From contig JBITNC010000001.1 of NCBI GenBank assembly GCA_050084985.1, forward strand, positions 79,236,001 to 79,300,000: a stretch of DNA of 64,000 bases, given 5' to 3'. The DNA comes from Nageia nagi. Lineage: Eukaryota; Plantae; Pinophyta. The position numbers and the translations under genes were made by a program. Of the stretch, positions 25,501-40,500 are shown piece after piece (position 1 is the first letter of the stretch; every line of letters begins with the position of its first letter). The notes below the pieces were generated by a model. The model saw nothing but the letters and a program-made list of their open reading frames with translations. It was not told where the DNA came from and ran no database searches.

Positions 25501-28500
25501 ATTAACACAATCCCTCAACCTACTAACCCTCCACCCTTGATGCTACACCAAGAGGACAAGCTTGACGTTGTGCCAAGACTCCAAGATCAAAAATCAAATA
25601 AGCCAAAAATGCCTTCCAATCAATCATATCATCACTGAACACACATACCTAACTCAAGGAGGGAGACATCCCAATTTGGGGCTCACAATTGGTCCTTTGG
25701 ACCCACAAGTATCCTACCTTGAGATTACATTATGCCTAAGGATACATGCAAATAATAATTAAATACTCCTAACTATCAAATCACTTCTAAATTATATTAT
25801 CTCAAATGGGCCCCGCATGGCATCCAATGTAAGAAAAAGAAAAAATGATAAATTGGAAACATTACAATGTGGGGTAGAGAGGCTTGAACAAGGTCACAAG
25901 AGTAATATCAATGTTCACACCCGTAGAGTTTAAGTCATGCATAATTGCTCTAATCTCTAAAATCAACGCCATGGAATGATTGTCTTTCAACTCTACATTT
26001 AAGGGCTTCAATTGTAATTAGATTAATTCCAATTCAAAATGAGATTCATACAAATCTTTCAACTTTCTCAATGCATTCCAGGCGTCATCAATTGAGTTAG
26101 TGTGGCAATGAACCTCTTCACTCACCGAAGCAGCAATCAAAGCATATGCTTTCATATTTTTGTATTTCCAAAGTGCAAGCTCCTTTGCATTTGTCAGTTT
26201 GGTGGGGGGAGTATCTCCATCACAAATACACTCCCAAAAATCATTGAAAATGAGAGTATGTTTGATCTTTCTAAACCACTTTGGATAGTTTTCTTTCCCA
26301 ATCAATACCACAACAACAATACTCACACGGGAATGCATATTTGCAAATCTTCAAAACTCAAATGTTTCTTTACAAGATTTTATTATCAACACTTCTTTAC
26401 CTAATAAAAATGTCTTTACAAACATCATGAAAAATCAAATTGTTCTCAATTTGTAGTCTTCAAAATTTTGGATCAAACAAAAAAAATTTGTCCAAATTGA
26501 ACCTATATAATGCAATTTATCGCCAAAAATGTCTTTGGAATTTCAAAATTTTAAAAAAAGGCTCAAATTCTTCAAATTCTAAGCATGTCAAATTTTTAAA
26601 TTCATTTGAAGTGGGTTGATTGATTAAAAGAGCAATTGAAAGAGGTGGCTGGTGTGGGTCAAGTGCAATCCACATCAAGGTTGAAGTAAGGTGTCTATGG
26701 GCTCTTCGCATCCACATCAGGCAACATAGGCTATATTTGTAATACACCCCTCTGCAATAATTCAAGAGGGATGTATTTGGAAAACAACTAACAAACGAGT
26801 TTTATTTCATTCATGGAGTTAACAGTTCTAACATGTAAATCCTCTGGTCACTATTCAAGATCCTCGAAAACAATTTCAAGAATAATAGGATCCTCTAAAC
26901 TTTTGAAGGATGCTCCTGATCTGTGATCCATTCAAAAGGTGAATCAATGGCATCAAGATCAATGGCCTCATAATCTATATCTACAATTTTTTTATGGTAG
27001 AGTAGTAGATTGTAATGCACAAACACAAAAGTCATTTAATTTTCTTGTGTCAATTTGTTTTTCTTGGAATAAAATGTGATAAAAATACTCCAATTATACT
27101 CACAACCAGAAGCGTTGCATGGCTGAGATAAAATAAGGATTGCAAAGTTATGCAAGATGGGGTATATGACCCAAAATTCTCCCTCTATAAATATGGAAAA
27201 ATTCAATAAAAAGAGAATTAATACATCACTAGTTCACATGTAAAAATTGAAATTGAAATTAAAAGAAAAAAACTTTAAAGTTTTAATGAAGTTGTACCAT
27301 AGCTCCTAGTAATTGCTCAATGTCCAGCTTATGAAAGATATAGGATGTTTCTCTTGATTATTATATTTTTATGTAAATCATCTTTCTGTGTAAGCACGAT
27401 AGTTATGCTCTCTTCAACACCATGGACATACAATATGAAATCTTTTGCATATAATCCAAGTTGACCAATAATAGAGCTTGATCAATTGACTCTTTGATCT
27501 TCTCAAAAGCTTCTTTCCATTTTGTTGTCCAGACGAATGGTACACCTTTTTTGAGAAGCTTGGTCATTGATTTTTCAATATGAGAAAAATTAGAGATAAA
27601 CTTCCTCACAATATTGATCTTCCCGAAGATTGAAGTGTTTTCTTATTTGAAGGAAGGTGTAATGCTAATATAGCTTTTACTTTGTTTGAATCAACAAAAT
27701 AGCCAACCTTTAAGATGACCTAATAATTTCCCTTCAAGAAAACAAACATTGATTTTTCAAAACAAAGGTAATTCTAGCCTCCTAACATCTATGAAATACC
27801 AAACTTGGATGATTTAGATGCTAATTTTTATCATGAGAAGAAATTGTCATATCATCTTGGTATATGATAATGATTTTATTTACCGATTCCCTAAAGGTGA
27901 AGTCCTCTTTGAAATGTAACTTCAATGATTTGACAATCCAAACAACATCCTTTGGTATGCAAATGTTCTCCACTTGGTGGTAAATGTTGTCTTATGTTGA
28001 ATTCATCTTTCACCTAGACTTGGTTGTATCTAAAGAAACCATCTAGCAATGAGAATCTTTTAGCTCCAGAAACCATTTGTAAGATCAAATGAGATATTAG
28101 TCTTTCAAAGTAGCTATGTTCAAATTATGAAAGTTTAAACATAACTAGATTTCTCGTTTCTTCAACTGGACCAAAACTGAATTGGCCACCCATGTCAAAT
28201 GTTTTTTTTTATTTATGAGAGGTGTCAGCCGAAGCCACTAATCCTCTCGGAGTCGTGATCCTACCCACTAATCACGCGACTCAAGGTAAATTGTGCGATC
28301 TTTGCCTAGGTGGGACTTTTTACATGAGGGTTTTTATCCGAGCCCCACAAACCGATCACAATACAACCGAAATGCGTCCAAACTGCAGCCACGTAGTACC
28401 ACCAGGGATTCATCAAGGGGATTCGAACTTGTGACCACCTCCCGCCAATTTGATTCACTTTGCCACCATAGTCATTCCAAGCAACAGAAAGCAAATTTGG

Positions 28501-31500
28501 CTAAGTACGGAACAAATCTTAACTCGATGCAAGTCCGAAAGAAGACAAACCTCTTGTTTCATTCCGGATGTGAGCTCGACCCAGGCATGCTTCCTTAGCA
28601 CAAGTGTGGCCTAAGACACCCCTCATGACTCACCTCAGACTTGTGTCAACTTCATAGGGGTTCTAGAAGATGATTTTGAGCAATAATGATGAAATTCAAC
28701 TAATAATGATGAAATTCAACTAAGTATAGAACATGTCTTCCTTAGGCGCATGTCTAGACAGAGACAACCTTCATGACTCTCGAAGGATGTGCGTCGAGCT
28801 CAAGAGCACATCTCAAGCACATACGCAAGGCAAGACACCAATGTTGTCCCCCCCTTGGACTTGCGTTGGGCATCTCTAGCCAGTATCTAGGCGTAGATGG
28901 ACATCAAGATATACCTCATGACCCTTGTGTTGGGGGCTTTTTCATTCCTACCCCTACAAGTTGACAAGTGGTATTGCAAGGCTTAGTGGAAAGACTCCAA
29001 AACCTGAGGGGTAGGGCGTTACCCCTACTCGCTATGAGGACTATTTACCTCAAAGGTTAGAAAGTGAAGGGTGCATGGGCTCACTCAGGTGGTTTGGTGG
29101 AGATGTTTTAAGCTATTACCAACTCAAAATAGATTTGTTACTCAAGGACTCGAAAGGTGTCTCTAATCCAGTGAGGTTGTTTCTCAAAGAAAATAGAAAA
29201 TTAAAGGAGTTCATTGCGAAAGCCGCGCAAAAAATAGAAAAATAAAGAAAATGTTTGTGAAGAGACGATGATATGTGAATGGGGCTCTAGGGCAATGTTC
29301 TCACCGACTAGTGTGAATTTCAGAGACTGGACTCGCACAGGTTTGATCTAGGTTCCCTGCATTCCCGATCCGGCTTGTGAGGCAACAATACGAATACCTC
29401 AACAAGGGAAGTTTGAAGTTGAAGTGGTGGAAAGGAGAGATAGGATGGGGTAAGACTCAAACATGGAATGAAGTTCCTAGGTTAAACGACATATGCGAGT
29501 TCTCTCATAAGGCACTAATCCAATGTGCAAACTATAGAATATTAAACCAGATACACCACTTAAAAGTGTTTCAAAATATCTACAAGCATTCTTTTGTCCA
29601 CCTTATAGAAGATTTACAAAATGATCCAAACACTTAAGATAGCATGGGGAAATAACATACAATAACATCCATAGTCTCAAATAAGAACATGCTCATTTCA
29701 ATTACTTGAGATTTATATCATAATTGCGAAAAAGGGAAACTTGCAAGATTGGAAAAATAGTGTAAGTAGCCCAATTTTCCACAAAATGTCTAATCCCTTT
29801 CAAATGAGCTCAAATAAGCTATATATAGTTTTGGAGCAACCCTAAGTGTTTCCCTAACCATAATTGCAATTTACAAGAAAATAAAACATGGTCCAATACA
29901 AATATGCCACATGGCATTACAAGATGTCTTCCAAGTTTGTGGGAGCAAATCCTCATCCATCACAAACTTGGGAATTTATTAACAAATAAATAAAAATCTC
30001 TAAAAATAATTATGAAATCTATTTAATAAAAGACAACAAAAATTGTGACTAGGCGGTTGGTGGGCCCAACGCCTCTACGCGCCCTTCAAAGTCATCGTCC
30101 AAGAACTTGGCTGTGAGCTCCGATCCATGTACCATCTCCAATAGCTTTGGCTGGTTCATGACCATGTAGCGATCCACCTTATCCACAATCCTCATCATAT
30201 CTCTCTCCCATGCATGAGCTTTGAGTAAATGCTCCAAGTGACTACCAGTCTGAAAGGTATTAATATCTTCAATCATAATCAGACTATAAAAGAAGTGCAT
30301 CACTTCTGCCACCACCAGGTCTTTGTCTCGGATACCTATGTCATCATCGAGGAACTTCACCTGGAACTCCATTTGCTCAAGACAAGTGTTTGCCTTGTCA
30401 TTGAGCTTCCAAACATCCTTCTGCACCTCTTGGAACCGAGTGGTTATTTGAATAACAAGGCCTAGATGAAACCAATATTCTTCATAGAATTTCACATCCT
30501 CTGGTTTCCAATTCCGTGTTGTCTCGAACTGCATGATCATGGTTCGTCTAGAATCCAAGATCATGAGGAAGCCGGTTCTCTCCACAATGATATCCTTGAG
30601 CTTTTGCTCTTCTAGTGCTACCCTCTCTAGTGTTCCAATGAACTGCTGAACTGCTACCAAGACCTCATCTATGTGCTTTTGTTTCACTGCAATCATACCC
30701 TCCTTGAGCGGCTTGATCTTCCGAAGCTCTTCTGTGGGTACCTTAGCTGTTTCCAACTCTCTTGTCAGCTTCTTTTGTGTGGCTAACTCCTTCCTAAGGC
30801 TCTTAATCTCCTTGTCTTTCATCATACCATCTTTGGTGATGGCCTCAGCGTTGGAGACGATTGCATGCTTCTGACCAACCAAACCAATTGGCCCTATGTT
30901 AATGATCTGGTTAATCTGTCTGAGATCTTCTGGACGTTGTGGATTCTCCTTATCAGCTATAATGGTCTTGATGTGTATGGCATTATTGGCCAAGTGTACA
31001 TACGTTTGGGATTTTCCTAGACGAGTGGAGGAGCTTTCTCCTACTTGGTCATTCTTTTCCCCTACTCCAAATTCCTCCTCAACGTCCAAATTGAACACAT
31101 CGAGACAATCCTCCATGTTAACACCCCACTCATCCGTGGGTGGTGGTTGATAAGTTTCCACAACAGCCTCCTGAATAGTAGCAACATTCTTCTTCATTCT
31201 CTTCGAGGGTCTCTCCTCTCCTTGATCAGTCTCATCATTTTCCCCTGAGGTGACTATAGCTCGTGATTGTGGGGTTCTCTTGAGTCTAATCCTATTCTGC
31301 ACGATCTCAGATACTAGCTCCCTACCTTTTCCTGCAGATGGCTCTGACAATGTTGTCTTATGGACTTGTGCCAATATCTCTACGGATTCATCTTGTTCTT
31401 GTGCGTCTAGAATCTCCTCATTCTGGGCTACATTCTGCTCTTGCTCATCTTCTGACACTCCAATCTCCCCCTCCTCCTGGTTTTCATCCAGCCTGTAAGA

Positions 31501-34500
31501 GGGACTGGAAGCTGACGATCCAGATGGTGGAACAACAGGTGATGACACTAATGTGTTGGTTCTAGGTGGTCTAGGTGGTGGCGTAGGATCTTGACGTCTA
31601 TTTCTCACACACCTTACTACCTTATCAGTATCCACGCGCTCTAGCTCCCTTACATCATGTTCGTCAATGGTGGCTTGTATTTGTTGCATAACTTGCTCAA
31701 CTGGGTTCTTGCCACGCATAGACACATACTGCCTGACAGGTATCTCATTGACTGGAGGGAACTGCGTGATCCTAGAAGTGGACTCTTGAGGTTTCCTTCC
31801 CTTGTTCTATGAGAGTCTCTTGCTAATTGTGGCTTCCACACGGTGCTGCTCATTGATCGCGTCCCTGAGCACCCTTTCTCTTATTCTCTTGATCTCTACC
31901 TCATTGCTAATGTTCCGGAAAGGCTCCTCATTTGCAAGTGGCTTATGTTCATAGGACTTCTTCCTTTCCTTTGTGAAGAACAAGTGTATCCTATGATCCA
32001 GATCATAGTGGTCGACAGCAGGCATCATCCTGAATTTAAATTTGGCCAACTCTTGGTCCATGGTTTCCACATCCGACCAAAATTTACACTGATATTCTCC
32101 CATAGCAATAGGCAGATTTGAAGTAGCTGATTTCTTCTGCCACACCTGTTCATGCAGGAAGGGCAACTGCCTCATCATCTCCATTAACAGAATTCTGTTA
32201 CTTACAAACCTTGGCAATTGATAGGGCTGAACGGTTGATCCATGTATGCGAATATAGGAGAAGTGTTGGTGATGGAGGAAGAAGTCGCAATGCTCTTCAA
32301 AGCATCTTGAGCAGAATTGGAGATTCATGCAACTATGATTTCTCCCTTAAGCTCCTTGAATATCTCATACTCCCATCCATCATTTTTCATCATAAAACTT
32401 TCCCACCTTTTGTTTAACTTCCATTTGGGGTAGCATTTCCAAATGGAGTAAGTCCCTTTCTCAATCAAAGTCGTCTCACCCTTCGTTGTAGCCCTATATT
32501 TGCCATGAAGCAACATGTACATCAGGTATGAGTTGAGGTAAAATTTGCAAGTTGTACCAATGGATGACAATTGATCGGTTATCAAGTCACTCAACACCTT
32601 GCTCCATCTGATTCTCCTTCCTCTAGCAATCTCAAGAATGAACCCAAAGAACTCCTTCCTGAACTTCGAAGCATCTTCTTTCCCGAGCTCTAGATAGTAT
32701 AAGAACCATCACCTCGACTGCTGGGTAAAAGTTGGCGCGAGGAGCATTGATGAGCGCATTCCCCTTCAAACCATGATTTTCATCGTACATCCAACTCTTA
32801 ATAGCAACGCCTGCCCTGGGGGTCTCTTGGTAACAAGCTAATGACCTAACCTCGTTATACTCAACTTCTCCTTTAGAGGTCCACTGGAATGCTACATTGA
32901 TGGCTTCAAGGCGAAAGTCCATAATGATATCCCCCTTAACGTCTCGAAGGATTCTCTCCCCCTTCTGCCAGTGGTGGCTAACCTCCATGCACAATTCCGA
33001 AAATGGAGCCATGAATGGGACTAATGTACAAGTGGAGAGTCCAAAGAAGAAGACGATGTCCTGCTTCAAGTTAGTGATTGGAAGACAATGAGTGTTCTCC
33101 CTCATTTGTGTAGGGTCAACATTTTGCCAATTCATATCTCCGATAGTGGCAAAAACCATTCCTCGAGAATCTAGCACCTTAACAAAGGGCTTGTTGTCTC
33201 TCACGAATAGAGATGATGCAATCCTGTTTCAGCTACTCGAGGTCCCTAGCAAAGTCAGGAGCTGAATTGCCTTTGGAGGAAGTCATGGTGTTTTCAACCG
33301 CAACGAGGCTCTCCAAGAATGTTGCGTGAGTTTCCAAGTGAAAATGACCCTCGTGTTAAAGTGGCTAGCTTCCCAAATGCTTGCACAAGCCCTAGAGTGT
33401 ACAAGTGATGATGTTTGAGCATGAAAATCTGTAATTTGCTGCTATCTTGGCACAAGGGTAGAAGAGGAGCAATTTTTGAATTTGAGAAAATGAGGTCCCC
33501 AAGCCTGTATTTATAACCCATATGGCTTCCATATTGCCCTAGTTGACTAGGGTTTCTATTAAACCTCATCATGAACCTCCATCTGGCCGACCTAAAGATG
33601 TGTGCCGACCCAAAAACTCATGCAAAGCCTCTTATGCCCACACATTGGGGTCCAAAAGGCCATCGTAGCTTGGTGCATGAAAAAAAAAAGACAAAAAAGT
33701 GACTTTTTAAACCATGCACCAGCCCTAGGAGTGAATGTGCTTCCAACGTTGGGTCTCCTACCTATGCACTCGCTTGCTTTGATCACCCAACTCACCCATT
33801 AACCTGATTTTTCCTGATTTTAGATCTTCTGGTCGGCTGGACTTAGTGATTTTGATGCTGCGTTCGAAATTGGGCAACCTATTGGCTTGGTGCATGTTTC
33901 CAAAAGTCAAGATAGTGACCTTTTGAGGCATGCGCCAGCATTGCCTACCCGTTCAGCTTGGTCGCGGCCTATTTTCCGAAATTTGATCTTTGAATGCTCA
34001 TGCCTTAGCCAAATTTTCATGTTCTTCAGATTTTGGAGTCTTCCTGGGCTTAGCACATGCCTCAAAAAGTCAAGAATTTGTCTTTTGAGATCATGTGCTA
34101 GCCCCCCAGGTATGCTTGAGTTGGTCTTGAGTTTCTCAAGTCTATGACTTGTCAAATTTTCATTTTGGGTCGAGCCTCCTGGATGACTTAGGCTCAAATT
34201 CCGAACTTCAAACATGCTTGATTTGTCCTCCTGGCCAAATCGCATGGTTCAAAAAGACAAGATTTTGTCTTTTCAAAGTATGCACCACCCTCCTAGTGTC
34301 TTTGCCTTAGAATTTTTACGCCTTCATCTGGTCCAGTATGCTTCCTGTATCTGGCACATGCTCAGGAAAGTCAAAATTGTCTCCTGGAGGCATGCGCTAG
34401 GCTTGTAAGTGCCCAAACTTCATCTTCAAACCTTCCTTCTTGCCTGGACGACCCCTTGGCCAAGTCACATGGTTCAAAAAGATAAGATTTTGTCTTTCTA

Positions 34501-37500
34501 AAGCATGCGCCAACCCTTTGGAATGCCCAATTTGACTTGATCAGCTTCCAGCTCGACTTAGACTAACTAATTCACCTAAATTCGACTTTTACCCTTTTCA
34601 AACTTAGCCATTTTAAGGATTTTTCAATTTCTATTTTATCATGACTAACTCTAATGAAGGGAGAGGCTATGAACTATGAGGAGTAATCCATGAATCTGGG
34701 TCTCGACGATCCAACTTGGGTAGGCCGAGATGACGATAAAATGAAGTATATACAATAGTGTGTTTGAGGGTCCCCAAAATCGTAGGATTTTGGGGCATGT
34801 TGTATTTTAATCACAACACCTTGGAGGACTTGCACCAAGCCAGTATGTACATTTCTAACACAAGTGCACACCAAGACAGAGATGGCAACCTTTCTCAGAT
34901 GTGCGCCATCCTTCCAAGAGAGTCAAGGGAATATCCCGAGCAACTAAGGACGAAATTGGCTAAGTGTAGAGCATCCTCCCTTCGGACGCAAGTCAATAAG
35001 AAGAAAACCACCATGACCACCTGCACATCTGTGCTAGATTCACATACCTCATTACTAACACAAATGCAATAGGAGACAACATGCTTGTCTACCCCCATAC
35101 ATGTGTTGGCTCTGTCTCTCCTCATCTACGCACAAATTCGGACCAAGAAACCCCTTTTGACTCCCAGAACACTTGCGTCAACCTCCCAAGTGCCAACCAA
35201 CCTCAAGTTGCATGCCAAAATGTTTAGAAAACCGCACACATCCTTAGGCACTTGAAGGTGTTGCCCTAGAAAAAACCCAGAGATATCTACAAAAGGGGGC
35301 AAACCAATCTTCTTTTCTGCACGCCAAAATTGCTCTCTCCTCATGAACTCACCTGGGCCTTGAAGCTGAGACCCCTTGAAACCCTTCTAAAACAAGTCAA
35401 GGAGCTTCTCCCCCCCATTCCTTGAGACACTTGAGACACCACTCCACATCCAATGTCCAATGGTAGAGATGAGTTCTAAGACACAGGGCGAAGAGATCAA
35501 GTTGAAGGGGGCATTGACCATTGACGAGGTCCCACCAAAGATAAAGCTCACCTTTGATCTCGCAGCTTCAATGAGGATACTACATGAGGATCCCAACCAG
35601 AAGGTGAAAGACGATTCCACGGAGACTCACCATGTGCGCAGGTTTTTCTTCAAGGTTAATAGCACATTGTTGACGACTAGAGTCTTCCTGAACAAGGCCC
35701 CAAAGAAATCTCAAGACATAAAGACTCAGACATTGAAGACTGGAATCGGTGAGGTCAAGGCCACTGGGGCAAAGCAGAATAGAGACATCACCAAGCTAGC
35801 CAAGGAACTAGAGGAGAGCCAGAGGAGGACAGGGTCTGAAGAGGAGATCATACTCCATAAGCCACGTCGTCCCATGGATGGAGAAGGAACAACTAATGGA
35901 CTCATGAATGCAAGTTGATGGAAATCGTTGCATCCTGCATGCAACATTTTTTATTTTATTTTTACATAATTCAGTATTTCGAACCTCAAATTTTATAAAT
36001 TTTGTTAAAGCCTAGTGACGGATAAGGATTTGCTCCCACGAGTGCTGGACTTAGTCTAGTGGTGCCACGTGGCTCATTTTTTATTGGACCATCGGTATTT
36101 TAATAATTTTATATTAGTTAGGGTTAGGGCAACACTTAGGGTTGCCTTGCAAAACAATAAATAGCCCTCATTTGTTAGGAAGGAAATTTTCAAAATGGAA
36201 CTTTGAACATTTTGCAACTAGATGAGTAGAGTAATTATTTCTATCGTATACTTGTCTTTTGTGAATGTGATATGATCTTTGAAATGAAAATCACAAAACT
36301 CCATTTCTTTGGTATTATGAACTTGGACATGTGATGTTAGTCATTGATATGTGTTGCTTGAGATACTTGGGACATTTCACAAACTCCTCAAGGAGTGGGT
36401 AAAGGGGTAGTTGAATATCCTTTTAAAGTATTGAATGTGATGCATGATCGATGATTGTTCATAGTATGCAACTAGACTCGTATAACTCTAAAAGTGTACT
36501 CCTTTATGATGTTTAGCGCGTGAATTCACCCACATATTGAAAGTGCAATCCTTGTCCCCTAGACACATGCTCCCTTTTGCAGTTCATTCGTGTTGGTGGC
36601 TACCGCAAGTGGATGTGTCCTTCTTCTAGACCCTTCGTGTAGTCTAGATGGAATGAAAGGACTTGTGGGTGTGTGAAACTCAAAAGAAACTTTGAAGAAC
36701 TTGGCCTTTTAGACATTGTATTCGTCGATGGAGCCTGATGCAAAAAGCAAAACTCATGTGCCTCTAGCCATCTTGTATTCCTTCATAATTACATTCTAAA
36801 ATTGGGGTAATTCTATTATTTTTTCATTCTCTATTCTTTATTCTTTAATCCTCGAGAGTTGTATACATAAGAATGCCTGGGAGGGATATTATTCTCTTAG
36901 AGTCTCAATGAGTTGTAAAATTTTGTATTCTTTCATTTTTATGAATCCCTCTTCTTCTCATTTAGTCTCAGGACTCATGTATATAATACTACCCAGGAGT
37001 CATATTGTTTTCTTAGTACCCGAGAATTATATGAATAAGGATACCCGAGAGTTACATCGAATAGGAGCTATGTCATTTTTTATTCTTTTATTCTTTAGGA
37101 CCCAGAAGTCGAGAGTACCCGGGAGTTATGTCATTTTCTTCAGAGTACCCAGGAAGAATTGTCAAAAATACCCAAGTCATGTATACAAGACTATCCGAGA
37201 GTTATATTTATTGCCTTAAGACCTCCGAGAATTGTTGACACAAGTGTTCGAGACTTGCACAAATTCAGAGCCAGATTTTTAAAGAACATCAACAAAGCCC
37301 GACGATTTTGAGACATGACATCACATTTTTTGGTGAAAATCAATGGGTCCCGACGGAATCAAAACATCAACAGAGCCCGACGATTTTGAGTGATGTCACA
37401 TTTTTTTGATGAAAATCAGCGGGTCCTGGAGGAGCCAGAATATCAATAGTGCCCACCGATTCTGAGAGATGACGTCATGATTTTCAGCTAAAATCAACAG

Positions 37501-40500
37501 GTCCCAAAAGAACCAAATCATCGACAAAGCCCAGAAGAAGAACATAGAGCCTGCCAAGCAAGTGTAAGAGTAATGCATGAAAAAGAACACCTGAGGTCCA
37601 CTTCATCTTAAGTGTTTGACCCTCGGGGCCCTTTTAATGTGTCGACATTGACTCATTTCCACATAATAGTGGTAGTTCTTCTTGAGTTAAGCGAACATAA
37701 TGGCTATTAACCAGCATTACTCTGATTACTGACATCCACGGTAGAGATCATAAAGATTGCAAAGAAGCAGATAGTAGCTAACAGACATAATACCAAATCG
37801 TACCAATCAAAGTGCAATCAAATAACTACTCAATCAGCTACAATGCTACCTTTAATCAGCTACAATGCTATATTCAATCAGCTACAGGGCCGAAGAAAGA
37901 GCAATCAACATGTTAGAAGGATTGCAGCTCTATGGACATGGCTGACCAGAAATTGCAAATTCCCAGATAGTTATGTTGATTAATAGTTATTCTCTGTGTA
38001 ATTTATCATAGTTGTAGCATTTATGTAAATAGTGTTGTTTTAGATGTTTCATTCAATGCTAGCAGTAATGTATATTAATCAAACCCAACCACCCACGAAG
38101 GGGGAAGTTGTATAAATAGCTAGCTTTTAGAAATCAAAAAGGTCGGACATTTTAACAAATTTGCCCAAATCTGTAAGAGCTATTCAGATATGATACTAAA
38201 AACAGACAATGCTTTGCCCTCTTGCAACAAAGTGGTTGTTATTGCTTTTGTGAATGCTGTGTGAAATGTTTTCTTCAAATTGTGGCTGTGTATTGTGATT
38301 GCGAAACCCCAGGTGCCAGATAGTTTACTATTCTTAATCTTGGTTATGGATTGATGCATGTGCTGCAATGCCCAAGTTGTAAATTTCTTATTTTAATTGT
38401 TTATTTACTTATCTCTTTCTTGTAACTCTTCATCTTTTTATTCCTTTCCTGTTACTTTTGACCTTAAATATAGATAAGAACCGGTCTATAAATCGAAGAT
38501 TGAGTAGAAAACCAACATGAGTGCATCCCTACCACTTTCTGCTCTTTCAAGGAACCTACCGTTGCGGGCAGTGGAGAACACGACCAGACCAAACCCTTGA
38601 GGTTACACTATATCGATCAACAGTACCCAATTCCATTTTTGGCACACTCGATGGGACCTAAGCTAAATTCTATATTTAGCTGGCGTTGTTAGACCTGATA
38701 GCCTCATCTGGTGGGCTATCAATTGCATCCTTCAAAATTATAAGGTTGTTGTAACCTTATTGGCGACTATGTTGTCAACCAGTCAACGTTTTGAACCCTG
38801 GCACCTCTAGAACATAGACTAACTAGAAGTAGTGCCAGAAATTCCCTTAGACAGCCTAGATTTCAAGAGCTGTCAGTTCCTCACAAGAGGACTAGACGAA
38901 AGATTTCTCTGGTTGTCTCCTTTGGTCCCTTCAAGGGCAACGACTTTGTCAGTTGTATTTGACTCATCCCCTGAAAATCCTTCGTCTCCTGTACATTCTC
39001 CAAGTATGGCTCAACCAGCAAAGTTTCCTGCCTGGAATAATAGTCATCCTTTGGTTGTAGCTGCTAATTCACCTCCTATACCTCAAGTAGCTTTTAAAGT
39101 TTTGCCTAAGTCTGATGGCTCTGAAAAGACACCATATGAACATTGTCAAAATGTATCTATGTTGGCCTCAAGCTACTGTCAAGATGAAACTATGATGACA
39201 AGGCTACTGTCACACTCTTTTGAAGGCAAAGCAGCCGAGTGGTTCAGAACTCTTACCATTCAATCTATAAATTCATGGGGAGAGTTGTGTCAGGCTTTAA
39301 TTAAAAGATTTTCTGTAGATGGCAATGATAGCACGTTCCTTAGCCTCATAGCATGTATAAAAAGACATTCTCGTGAATTTATTGATGATTTTAATATCAA
39401 ATTTGAAAGAACATGGAAGTCCATACCAACAAGGATCAGACCAACGAATCCACAAGCTCTGGTGTACTACAGGAAAGCTTTTCTCCCTGACCTCAATATG
39501 CTTTTTGTTATGTCAGGAGATTCATTCCAAGATGCTTACCAGACAGCAAAGACTGCAGAACATACCCTGGTGTCGTCTGGTAAAATGCAGCCCAAAACAA
39601 TCATGCCTATATTTCCAAATTTACCTCCCAAGCAAGCTCCATAAATAGGTCATCCTAGAGTTTTGGCCTTACCACCTCCTCCCAAAGCTTTCTCTGGTAT
39701 TGAACTTAAATCTCAAGAAGAAAGAATAAGGCAGTTGGAGGTAACTATTAGAAATCTAACTAATAAGCTCACTTTGCAAGAGAGGCAGAATCATGGTTTT
39801 AATTATAGAAGATACGATAATCAGTATCAGCCAAGATTCCAAAGGAAGGTCAACCAACCAGAACAGCCAAATCCTCCTAAAACAATTGAGAATGTTGTTA
39901 TGACCAGTTCTATAGATAATGCTGCTTCGGACATTGCGGAATGGTGTCCGTCATGTTCAGTTCATTTTCCAAATTCATGTGCAGTGTAGCAACATCAGTA
40001 TTTGGGGTTACACTCTGACCAGATGGTAGAACCTGCTTCAGATCCTGCTGTTGATCTCACAATGGTCAACTTTGGGTTCCCGAATATGCTGGAGAACAAG
40101 CAAATTGTGTTCAAACTATAGCAACTTCTTCAGCAACTTCACAGCAACCTCAAGCCACTCAGCAGTATCGAGCTTCTATTCAAGCCCAACCTGAACCTAA
40201 GAAAGCTAAGGCTCCCTTAGCTTAGCCTCAGAACCAACATCATCAAGTCCCATTTAATCCGCGTACTATTCCGACAAATTCGAATACTAATGCCCAGGGT
40301 GAAACAAACCCCGCTACAACGAGAAAAGAAGTCCCAGAGAAAGAAAGACCCTGTACGTTAAGATATCCTTTCATCACTGATTCGCATAAAGAAAAGGCTA
40401 TTCAACATTTCAGAACACATCAGCAAGCGGAACCAAGTAAGTCCATCCCATATGCTCCCTACAATATTGTAGAAGAATTAAAAAAACTCCTAGAATGACT

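Larger units (their letters stand above)
28928..34818 (-). mobile_element. 5.9-kb TG...CA unit (candidate giant solo LTR) carrying a palindrome array, a promoter and a long accessory ORF
   Basis: CCTTG|TGTTGGGGG at 28923-28936 and TCACAACA|CCTTG at 34811-34823 (5-bp TSD, TGTTG/CAACA termini); no gag, pol or PBS inside. Confidence 0.8.

Noticed and set aside
28400-28480. tRNA gene
   Set aside because: It has A/B boxes but no clear cloverleaf, and it continues into a body with an A-tail, so a SINE fits better.
30049-31725. Host gene for a 558-aa coiled-coil protein
   Set aside because: It is intronless, is the tail of a longer broken ORF and lies inside a TSD-flanked retroelement unit.
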